A stretch of 64,000 nt of DNA from Octopus bimaculoides (Eukaryota): contig NC_068988.1 of the NCBI RefSeq assembly GCF_001194135.2, forward strand, positions 50,544,227-50,608,226. The letters are read 5' to 3'. A program made the position numbers and the translations under genes. The notes under the pieces were generated by a model. That model was given only the letters and a program-made list of their open reading frames with translations, was not told the origin of the DNA and did no database searches. Each line of letters starts with the position of its first letter. Within the stretch, counting starts at the first letter, position 1. Positions 54,791 through 64,000 of the stretch are shown piece by piece.

Positions 54791-55145
54791 AGGAAAAAAA
54801 ACTTCACTGTTTAAATTTAAATTACAAAATATTTTTCACTTTATTATAGTTTTTAATTAATAAAAAGAAAAAGAACGAATATAAATTAATTAGTTTTTTC
54901 GTAAAGATTGGGGTTTATTTTGAATAATATTACTTCCGAATACGAAACTAACACTGGTTAAATGCATAGGAACAGAAATTAAACAGTAATGCACATCATG
55001 GACGTTGTAGTTGAGCCGAAAGCATGAGATGATGTTTATAATTTATTATTTATTATAGATTTAGTCATTCGATATTTCTTAAAAGTTTTTTTTTTACACT
55101 ATCTCTCGGTCTTGTGTATGATCAGTAAAAAGAAAACAGGTAAAA

Positions 55146-55205
55146 ATGAGTCAAACAACAGGAGATATGGAACGGAAAGTCAGTAAAATTATTACTGATA
55201 TCATG
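55146..55205 (+). CDS. MED23: MED23 coding exon 1 (MSQTTGDMERKVSKIITDIM)
   Basis: ATG at 55146, second in-frame ATG at 55167, donor ATG|gtaaga at 55206 (phase 0). MERKVSKIITDIM aligns with the recalled human METQLQSIFEEVV. Confidence 0.8.
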
Positions 55206-56187
55206 GTAAGATGCGAACCTTTGTTGTTGATAGGGAAAATGCAATATTAAAAGTGAATTCACGAAGATGTATGTAAATGAGTTGAAAATATTTACTCTGC
55301 GTTGCTTGTCCTTTATGTTCTCATTATTTTTAATTTCTCAGTATATATACACGCGTTTATACATAGTGTTTGCATGTTTTATATATATTGGATCTTACTC
55401 ACAAGGTGTTGGAATCGTACCCAGTTATGTATCTATGTGTACATGTAGATGAAGGTATGTACATATATATGCATATACTCATATATTGTTTATATATATA
55501 TATATATATGGAGTGGCTGTGTGGTAAGTACTGCGTGGCACCTTGGGCAAGTGTCTTCAACTATAGTCTTGGGCCGACCTAAACCTTGTGAGTGGTTTTG
55601 GTAAGAAGCCTATTGTATATATCTATATATATATAAAGATGAGAATTTGTCTGTCTGTCTGTGAATCCCTAAAACTTGAGAACTACGCAACCAATTTAGA
55701 CTGAGGCTATAGCAGAAGGCACATGCCAAGTCACCACACAGTGGGACTGAACCCAGGACCATGTGTTTTGGAACCAAGTTTCTTACTACACAGCCACACC
55801 TGCACCTGTGTGTGTATGAGTCTATATATGTGTACATATTACATGTCCATCATCGTTTACCGTCCGCTTTCCATGCTAGCATGAGTTGGACGATTTGACT
55901 GAGGACTGGTGAACCAGATGGCTACACCAGGCTCCAATCTGATTTGGCAGAGTTTCTACAGCTGGATGCTCTTCCTAACGCCAACCACTCTGAGAGTGTA
56001 GTGGGTGCTTTTACGTGCCACCGGCACGAAGGCCAGTCAGGCTGTACTGGCAACGACCATGCTCAAAATGGTGTATTTTACGTGCCACCTGCACAGGAGC
56101 CAGTCCAGCGGCACTGGCAATGATCTCGCTCAGTCCAACCAAAGCCTTGTGAGTGGATTTTGTAGACAGAAACTGAAAGAAATCAAT

Positions 56188-56241
<54 letters not shown>

Positions 56242-56463
56242 CATGTATGCATTTATGTAAGTGTATGTGTGTTTCTTTGTCTCTGTGTTTCTCCCTCATC
56301 ACTGCTTCACAACTGCTGTTCGTTTATTTACATCCCCATAACTTACTGGTTTGACAAGAACAAACTGATAGAATAAGTTCCACGCTTATCAAAATAAAAA
56401 AAAGCACCAGGTAGTGTCTCATATTTTTCTTTGCCCACTCAGTTGTATCTATCAATCTATCTT

Positions 56464-56497
<34 letters not shown>

Positions 56498-58125
56498 ATA
56501 CACACACACACACATTCATGTATGCATATGTGCATATTCATATCTATTATATAAAAGTCAATGTCTTTATGTGTGTTCGTGTGTTACTTATACATTCGAA
56601 AACTACTGTACTGATCTTAATGAAATTTGGAACACAAAATCCAAGCCTAGGGAGAAAGATAATGCTGTGTATTTCATACGATTTCATGGACCAAAATTAC
56701 TAAATGGATCCTTATGATATTTGAAACTTAGATTCAAGGCATAAGGGCGAGTATAATGTAGTATGTTTTGTTTGAATTTGAGATGGCTTAAAGGGGGAAG
56801 AACCCCAATGAAAATTCAACTGGCCTTAACTCCCAAATTTTAGTCATTTTTTATGATCCAAACTTGTATGAAGTTTGGAAATTATATTCTATGCATAAGG
56901 GCCATAACCCCCATGAAAATTCATATATTTTTGCTGTTGAAATTTTAACCATAGATATTAGACACAAATTTCATCTTCTTAGAAGTTAGAAAGACCTCTT
57001 CACGGGGACTTAACACCCACAATTTAGTCATTTTATCTAAGCAAAGATGAACACAGTTGTACTCTTGGAAACTGTATGGTCACCTGAGCACAAAAGATGA
57101 GCGTTATTTGTAATTCAATGGTACAACAGTGTAAGAGTTTGCTTTGAGATATACTTACATTGTGATGTCTGCAATGTGGTGCATAAATTGTCGAGTAAAT
57201 AAGAGGCATCTATGCCTCCACTGATTCAGTTACAAAGTGTCGAGTAAAGTTATTTCGTTGCAGACCTCTTTTGAGTCTTTTTAATATCACTGGGTCACAC
57301 ATATTCCCCAGATGGTAACGTTGATTTCAAGGCCTTCCCAGATGAGTGACTAGTTATTCAAAGACATTTATAGATTGTAAATTTATTCTGTCCAGTTACT
57401 TATTGGTATAGTGCTCAGTTGCAAACTCCAGCAGTGACACTTTCATTTCCCCTTAGCCCTCATGTCATACAGTTGTTAATGTTTATTTGAGTTGGGTCAC
57501 ACCCTTCCAGTTGCTATAGATCCGTAATGCATCTTATGGCTGTGCCTGTCACCTGTATGGTGAGGAATCCTACATTGGAGAGTAATAACGACTAGGGTAG
57601 GGTAGCTGACTGCTTATTGTGATCANNNNNNNNNNGGGTAGGGTAGCTGACTGCTTATTGTGATCATTCATCTTTTGGTTTCCTGTAGCTTTGCTCTCTT
57701 TTACAAACCCAGTGAACATTCATATATTTCCTATTTCAAAGAAATTCGAAAAATAGATACAAGACCCCAGTTAAAAAGATTCTCAACAATTCAACTTCTC
57801 TGGTTGACATTAAGACACCCACCCCCAATAGGGGCCTTAACTCCCACATTTTAGAGCTCCATGACCTCCATTTTTCAGTAGCAAAATCCTTTTAACAGGT
57901 TCCATAAGACTGGAATTTTGGAATCTGTGCTTAAAGATCAGTAGTATGGGATACATGTGTCATGATTAGAATTTTTTGAGGGTGTGTAAAGGGGGAAAGA
58001 ACTCTCATCTGCAATTTTGATGAAATTCGAATCATAGATATTCCAGTTTATTAGAGAAAATATAAAAGAAAAGTCTAATTCTTCCATTGCATGTAACACG
58101 GGCAACGCCGGGTATCTCTGCTAGT

Positions 58126-58170
<45 letters not shown>

Positions 58171-59387
58171 TATATATATGTTTGTGCGTCTGTCCCCACA
58201 CTATTGCTTAACAACCGATGTTGGTGTGTTTACATCCCCGTAACTTAGCAGTTCGGCAAAACAGACCAATAGAATAAGTACTAGGCTTACACAGAATAAG
58301 TCCTGGAGTGGATTTGTTCAACTAAAGGTGGTGCTCCAGCATGGCCGCAGTCAAATGACTGAAAGAAATAAAAGAATATATATAAATATATGTATAAACA
58401 TATCATCATCATTGTTTAATGTCCATTTTCCATGGTGGCATAGGTTGGATGGAGATATGGAAAGCCAGCAGCTGCACTAGGCTCCAAACTGATCTGGCAA
58501 TGTTTCTACAACTGGATGCCCTTCCTAATGCCGACCACTCCGAGAGTGTAGTGGGTGCTTTTTATGTGCCACTGACACTGGAGCCAGTCAGGGGACACTG
58601 GCATCGACCACATTCGGATGGTGCTTTTTACGTGCCACCGGCACGGAAGAAATATATATATATATGTGTGTGTATATATATATATATATATGTTTATATA
58701 TAAATATGTATAATTTTGATTTGATTGACTTGGATTAGTTTCAGCTCATGAGCTGTGGCCATGCTGGGGCACCGCCATTTGGTGTTGCTACATAATTTTA
58801 CTTCACTAATTCTTTTTAGAAATTGATGTTTGGTGCATGAGGGAGTTTGATGCTGCTGCCCTCATCTGCACTTCCTGCTGTGAAGTTGGTTCATCTGAGG
58901 CAGTTGACAGTAAGAGGTCTAGTTTTGTTTTGAAGACATATCCACCCCCATGTAGGTCTCTCAGGTCCTTCGGGAGGATATTAAAGAGCTATGGGTCTTT
59001 GAAGCCCAGGCTGTTTCAATATCTTCTATGTCTTGATGGCAAAGTTGGAGTCTTTGGCACTATGCAGTGGTCTCCTGTTCTAGCATTAGTGTAACTCTCG
59101 ATGCCAAGTGTGGGACAAGTCCCTCTAAGATCTTCCAGATGTATGTTATGGCATATCTTTTCTGCCTACGCTCTAGGGAATAGAGTCTCAATCTCTTGAG
59201 TCTTTCCCAGTAGCTTATATACTGCATAGAGGCTATCTTCTTTGCATAACTTCATTGGATTGCCTCAGTTTCCGTCTATCAAATTCACTCACAAGGCTTT
59301 GGTTGGCCCGAGGCTGTAGAAGACACTTGCCCACAGTGTCATGCAGTGGGATGAGAACCCAGAACTATGTGGTTGGTCACCTGTGTG

Positions 59388-59423
<36 letters not shown>

Positions 59424-61107
59424 NNNNNNNNNNNNNNNNNNNNNNNNNNNNNNNNNNNNNNNNNNNNNNNNNNNNNNNNNNNNNNNNNNNNNNNNNNNNN
59501 NNNNNNNNNNNNNNNNNNNNNNNNNNNNNNNNNNNNNNNNNNNNNNNNNNNNNNNNNNNNNNNNNNNNNNNNNNNNNNNNNNNNNNNNNNNNNNNNNNTA
59601 TATATATATAAATAAATAAATAAATTATATGTGTGTTTGTATTTATACATATATGTGTTTGTGTGTATCCTTGTCTTGACATCATGCTTGGAAATGCGTA
59701 TCTCCATCAGCCAAGTGATGCTGTTTCTTTAGAGTTCTCTCTGGAAAACATGTCCCACTTTGGAAACAGGTGAGGATTGGCAGCAGCAAGAGCATCTGAA
59801 TATAAAAATAATTTGTTCACTCCTGCAACTTACTTAACACCATGTCATCTTGCTCTGTTTTCTTTACCCTCCTGTTTACTGTATCATTATTACTATTCTG
59901 CTGCTTTAGATCATCAAACATTCCCTTACTCCTCCACTTACTCCTGGCCCCACTACTCCATTCTTTCCTACCCACCTCATACCTTGAAGGTCCACCACCA
60001 TTGCTTTTACTACCCGATCACTCCCACCCTCTCTTCTTATATGTGAGTTGTCATGTAGCTCCTCAACAGCATGAAATTTATTCTGTTCTGGCTCCTTTCT
60101 TTCATGCTTTATTCCTCTCCATTCCTTTCTCCTTGCATAAAATTGCACCCCCTCTTAGCATTTGTAGTGGTGCAAAGAAAAGCACCTGGTACATGTTGTA
60201 CAGTAATTGGCATTAGGAAAGCAATCCAGCTGTAGAAGCCATACCTGGAGCATGATGCAGTGTCTATGAGCCTATTGGATCTTGACAACCCGTTCAACCT
60301 GTGCTGGCATGGCACATGGATGTGAAATAATGATGGTTATGATGATGATGTGTGTGTGTGTATGCCTTATGGTATTCATTTCAGCTCTTTGTATGTGCTT
60401 TGATTTCAAATCTCATTGAGGTCAGTTTTGCCTTTCATTTTTAAGGTGGATCAAATAATGTGCTAGTCCAGGTTGATATATTGATGGAATTGTTACACTC
60501 TGCCAGTCAAAATGCCTTTTATGATTTGTTCTTGCTCTTTGATTTTGAGTTCTAGTCTGATAGATTCAATTTATTGCCTAGTTCAACTATTACCACACAG
60601 TTTCTGGATAACTTCCTCTCTCCCGCCAGTTTCAGAAGTCCTGATTCAATAAATAGTTGATCTTACCTCTCTGATCAAACTGGACAAAAATCCTACCAGG
60701 AAACTGAAAATCATAAAAGTATGAATGTTTTTCTTTTTTTGCAGAAGGAAGAGACCATTGATGCTTTTTGCAGCACTATGATCCACACGGATGACTCAAA
60801 AAAGATGAAGAAAGAACATTTTGAAAAATTGAAAAAGATCTGGTGTTCCTGCCCTCAAGTAAGTAGTGTTGTGTAGGTTTTTGAGATGATGACCTCTGTT
60901 TGCTATATAACTTTTTGCATTAAAACATGGAGTTACATCCCATTTGGTTTCAATCCATCTTTCACTTGTTAGTCTTTGGACTGCAGTCATGCTGAAGCAC
61001 TTCTCTGAAAGACTTAGTTGAACAAACTGACCCCAGAACATTTATTGTTAAGTCTGGTATTTATTTAGATGGTTACTGCTGCACCAGTTGTGTGGTACAA
61101 ACTCAAA

Positions 61108-61161
<54 letters not shown>

Positions 61162-63613
61162 CAGTAGATGTAAAATGATGATGATAAACTGTACTACACC
61201 ACTAGCACTGATTATAAAAGAGATGAGATGATAAAATATTGGACATCCTGCTAATACTTCAGGTTGAAATTCCACATAGATGTCAAGAGTAGCGAGAATA
61301 CTACCTGTGCAATAGACTGATATCCTACCCAGGAGGAGATATAGCTACTCCAAACACTATGAAACCTGAATGTAGCCCCAACTATTAACTACCATCTCTC
61401 AGCATTGAAAAAAAACAAAACCTGCAATCAGGTGTACAAAGTCATTGTGTTATGCTATGAAGAGGTGAAAGAACTATCAGTATTTTGAGTAGTTAATACT
61501 TTGTCAAGATAGATAGAAGAAGAAGGGAAATAAAATGAAAGTGTGACTATTGAATTAGAAGTCTTACATAAAGTAATGCACCTCTCCTTGTTCTTATTTA
61601 CTACTATAGGGCTACACTATTAAGAATTAATAGTCTAGTCACCATTGTTGTAAATGTGGACCAAATCAAACTGGGAACTAGATATGAAATATCAATTTTA
61701 CAGTTAGCATGTGAACCAGCTGCAACTATCAGATTTAAGAATTTAAATTAAAATATTTCGCAACTAATTTTTATGTATGTTCTTGTTATGTTTACCACAG
61801 GAAAATCCAGAGGCCAGAGAGAGTTTTTTACGTTACTTTGTTCAATGTATTCACAAACAGCATAACAGCAAACGCTCCCAAACTCTTTTTGACCTTTTAG
61901 AAATGCTGGTTGAAAATAATGTTGTTCCATCAAGGTAATTAATCAGTATTTCATATGGATATTCTGCATTTAAGGTCAGTTGTGATGGATGGCCCCTTTT
62001 GTTTGCAGTGATTTCTTTGTATTATAATATTACCTCCATGTAGCCTTAGTATCTGAAGGGGAATTACCAATAATGTGACATATATAAATTCCCAAACCCG
62101 GTCATTTTTAATCCACTGTGCTAATAATATGTTGCAGGATCCATGCCAATCTGTGGAGGCACAATGGCTCAGTGGTTAGGGCAGTGGACTCGCGGTCATA
62201 GGATCGTGGTTTCGATTCCCAGACCAGGCGTTGTAAGTGTTTATTGATTGAAAACACCTAAAGCTCCACGAGGCTCCAGTAGGGGATGGTGGCGAACCCT
62301 GCTGTACTCTTTCACCACAACTTTCTCTCACTCTTTCTTCCTGTTTCTGTTGTACCTGTATTTCAAAAGGGTCAGCCTTGTCACACTGTGTCATGCTGAA
62401 TATCCCGGAGAACTATGTTAAGGGTACACGTGTCTGTGGAGTGCTCAGCCACTTGCACATTAATTTCACGAGCAAGCTGTTCCATTGATTGGATCAACTG
62501 GAACCTTCGTCGTCGTAAGCAATGGAGTGCCAACAACCATGCCAATCTGACATTTTATAAATGTTTGTGTTTTTATTTTGATGCATAAATTTAAAGCTGG
62601 AAGAAGTAAATGAAAAGGAAAGGAAACAGAACTAAGACATGAAATAGGGATGGGAGAAACAATGAGACAGAAAGGCCCTTAAATCCTTACACTGCTCAAA
62701 CAAACTTCATACCATTTTTTTGCACTGAGAGGGAGAAAAACCCTTTGTTATTGATTTAACAGTTCTTTGTATACCTTCCAATGTTAATAATAATAACAGA
62801 AATATATTTTCTCTTTGTTTTTGTGTACATTTTATAATTCCTGTTTTTTTTAATATATATATATATATTTGTATCTCACATGTAGACCAATCTGCGAAGC
62901 ATTATTAACCAGTGAGAACTTACATTATAAACAAAAAGATCAGTGGATTCAAACTTTTGCCCTTATCAGGAAAATCATTGGCGGTGTCGACTATAAGGTA
63001 CAGTAGGACTACTAATTGTTGAATCCCTTTTATAAAATTTGTTTCAATGGTTAGTGTTATATAGCCTCAGGTTAGCTCTCATTCAGAAGATCATCCATCT
63101 GTCGTCATCCCATCTTTTTCAAATAGAGTATATCTAATACTACCTCATCTAATATGTTCTTCTTTCTTAAGTTATGATTTGAGAGAGATATTGCTGCTGT
63201 TTCTAGCAGATTGAGCAGCTGTATAAAGGCTCCTTTGTTGGCTCGTTTGGGCAGAGAAATTTTACTTAGATGCTTCTGCTGAATTCATCTCTCTCTCTTT
63301 ATGGCCTTGTTAAATCTCCATTTTTACTTCCACCTTTTCACTCCCTCTTCTCTAATACTCTTTCTACTTCTCCTCATGTAATTCCACCTTTCTTTCTCTA
63401 TCTCACCTTTCTGCAACATTACATCAATTATATTTTACAGAGTTTCACCAGACTTTGTTTTCTATAATTACTGTGATTGATATACTCCCTCTATCACTGA
63501 TTCTTTATATTTAGGGTTGCCGTGATTTACTCAGAGTGATTCTGGAAAAGTGCCAGACCATACCAGCGTGTGAAAATGTATCTTGTGGAGCACAAGTGGA
63601 TTGTGCCGTTGAG
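55146..63613 (+). CDS. MED23: Mediator of RNA polymerase II transcription subunit 23, 5' part: join(55146-55205, 60745-60858, 61801-61934, 62886-62997, 63515-63613); continues right of the window
   Basis: Five GT-AG exons (60+114+134+112+99 = 519 nt) give an open frame of 173 codons. LIRKIIGGVDYKGCRDLLRVILEKCQTIP matches the recalled human MED23 segment LVRKIIGGVDYKGVRDLLKVILEKILTIP. An in-frame TGA lies upstream at 55119-55121. Confidence 0.93.
55510..55806. mobile_element. Two family B SINE heads in opposite orientation
   Basis: GGAGTGGCTGTGTGGTAAG...CTTGGGCAAGTGTC on plus at 55510-55605 and the reverse-complement head at ~55690-55806. Confidence 0.7.
55846..56131 (-). mobile_element. Family D retroposon, joined directly to a family B fragment at ~56132
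   Basis: Near-identical to 34094-34400; two hairpin modules. Confidence 0.85.
56543..58124 (+). mobile_element. Non-autonomous Helitron (~1.58 kb)
   Basis: 5' A|TCTATTATATAAAA, 3' subterminal hairpin CACGGGCAACGCCGGGT and CTAG|T end. Inserted between A and T with no TSD. Confidence 0.82.
57495..57625 (+). pseudogene. Penelope-like GIY-YIG remnant inside the Helitron
   Basis: RNASYGCACHLYGEESYIGE**RLG, then RVADCL after a 1-nt shift; compare the recalled N..Y.I.C..C...YIGET.RRL.DRF.EHL. Confidence 0.5.
58186..58378 (+). mobile_element. Family B SINE, 3' half
   Basis: Matches 8930-9124, including the CAGTC-AAAT-GACTG terminal stem-loop. Confidence 0.8.
58403..58650 (-). mobile_element. Family D retroposon
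   Basis: (ATC)n tail at 58403, core GGATGCCCTTCCTAATGCC, one hairpin module. Confidence 0.8.
58738..59256 (-). pseudogene. 3' end of a CR1-group LINE (ORF2 C-terminus, 3' UTR and terminal stem-loop)
   Basis: Translation SYWERLKRLRLYSLERRQKRYAITYIWKILEGLVP...LFNILPKDLRDL..., followed by GGCGGTGCCCCAGCATGGCCACAGCTCATGAGCTGAAAC and an AATC-like tail. Another tail copy lies at ~11036-11090. Confidence 0.82.
59760..60350 (+). mobile_element. Long degenerate family D member
   Basis: Pyrimidine-rich body followed by GGCATTAGGAAAGCAATCCAGCTGTAG and a GATGATGATG tail. Confidence 0.55.
60745..60858 (+). CDS. MED23: MED23 coding exon 2 (KEETIDAFCSTMIHTDDSKKMKKEHFEKLKKIWCSCPQ)
   Basis: Acceptor ttttctttttttgcag|, donor CAA|gtaagt. 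114 nt, phase 0-0, open frame. Confidence 0.9.
61801..61934 (+). CDS. MED23: MED23 coding exon 3 (ENPEARESFLRYFVQCIHKQHNSKRSQTLFDLLEMLVENNVVPS + split R)
   Basis: Acceptor tgtttaccacag|, donor AAG|gtaatt. 134 nt, phase 0-2. IHKQHNSKR resembles the recalled IHGQHSPKR. Confidence 0.92.
62154..62536 (+). mobile_element. Family A tRNA-derived SINE, full length, in MED23 intron 3
   Basis: 13-bp TSD CCATGCCAATCTG at 62141-62153 and 62537-62549. Confidence 0.93.
62886..62997 (+). CDS. MED23: MED23 coding exon 4 (PICEALLTSENLHYKQKDQWIQTFALIRKIIGGVDYK)
   Basis: Acceptor ctcacatgtag|, donor AAG|gtacag. 112 nt, phase 2-0, contains the conserved RKIIGGVDYK. Confidence 0.96.
63515..63613 (+). CDS. MED23: MED23 coding exon 5 (GCRDLLRVILEKCQTIPACENVSCGAQVDCAVE)
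   Basis: Acceptor ttctttatatttag|, donor GAG|gtttgt. 99 nt, phase 0-0. Confidence 0.94.
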
Positions 63614-64000
63614 GTTTGTACAGTTACTTTTTATATATTTTTTTTTATCTTATGGAATGAGGCTATGTTAGGGCATCACCAACAAAAATAGATGTTGTCA
63701 AAAATAGGATATTTTGATCATTACCTCTGTTTGTTATCTTCAAACTTTCCAAAGCTCCAAAACTCATTGTGATTGATAATGAGAAAGACATGTATATCAT
63801 AACATAGCAGCCTGTATAAATACAGCTAAGAGTTTTACAAGTTGGTTTCATTTAATAATTATTGACTGTTAGATTAAAGTGCTTGTATTAATTGACCTCT
63901 TCGGTATTAGTTCAAACCTGATGAAAGTATGTAATTCTGAAATCTAATATAATAAATGTGCAAACTAATTTCTGTGTGTCAGTGTGTCACATTTTGACCC

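Noticed and set aside
57595-57666. Exact 31-bp direct repeat on both sides of a 10-N gap
   Set aside because: Typical unmerged contig overlap; assembly artefact.
1-64000. Most entries in the supplied ORF track
   Set aside because: They are microsatellite translations (YIYIY, ERER, CVCV), N-gap read-throughs, low-complexity tracts or SINE sequence. Only 3129-3404 and 25126-25446 contain host exons, and a few overlap LINE remnants.
1-64000. Hammerhead ribozymes, CRISPR-like arrays, rRNA/snRNA, NUMTs
   Set aside because: CTGANGA hits inspected lacked a following stem and GAAA core; I saw no regularly spaced repeat-spacer array and no recognisable structural RNA or mitochondrial sequence. A covariance-model search was not possible.

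Overview
AT-rich, repeat-dense animal genomic DNA with five scaffold gaps. The SINE and microsatellite landscape looks like an octopus (coleoid cephalopod) genome; that is my inference from remembered repeat families, not a database match. Two intron-rich genes lie head-to-head. (1) Minus strand: a non-muscle myosin II regulatory light chain (sqh/MYL12 type). It has a probable non-coding first exon ending at 53635, coding exons 25338-25155 and 3325-3164, and a last exon left of the window. (2) Plus strand: the first five coding exons of Mediator subunit 23 (55146-55205, 60745-60858, 61801-61934, 62886-62997, 63515-63613). They splice into an uninterrupted 173-codon frame, and none appears in the supplied ORF track. 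The two starts are about 1.5 kb apart, separated by a ~760-bp pyrimidine tract inside a CpG-retaining, SINE-free domain. The introns hold four SINE-like families, hAT, mariner, Tc2-like and piggyBac-type MITEs (several nested), a non-autonomous Helitron, and decayed CR1-like, Tx1/L1-like and Penelope-like retroelements. I found no convincing new multi-gene system. The best leads are an unexplained 24-bp-stem intronic hairpin (49209-49290), a LINE and SINE sharing a 3' stem-loop, a Helitron carrying a Penelope GIY-YIG remnant, the divergent promoter architecture, and inverted repeat pairs that could form dsRNA in the light-chain pre-mRNA. Repeat boundaries without a stated TSD or TIR are approximate. 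Identities were judged by eye, and reference protein sequences are recalled rather than searched.
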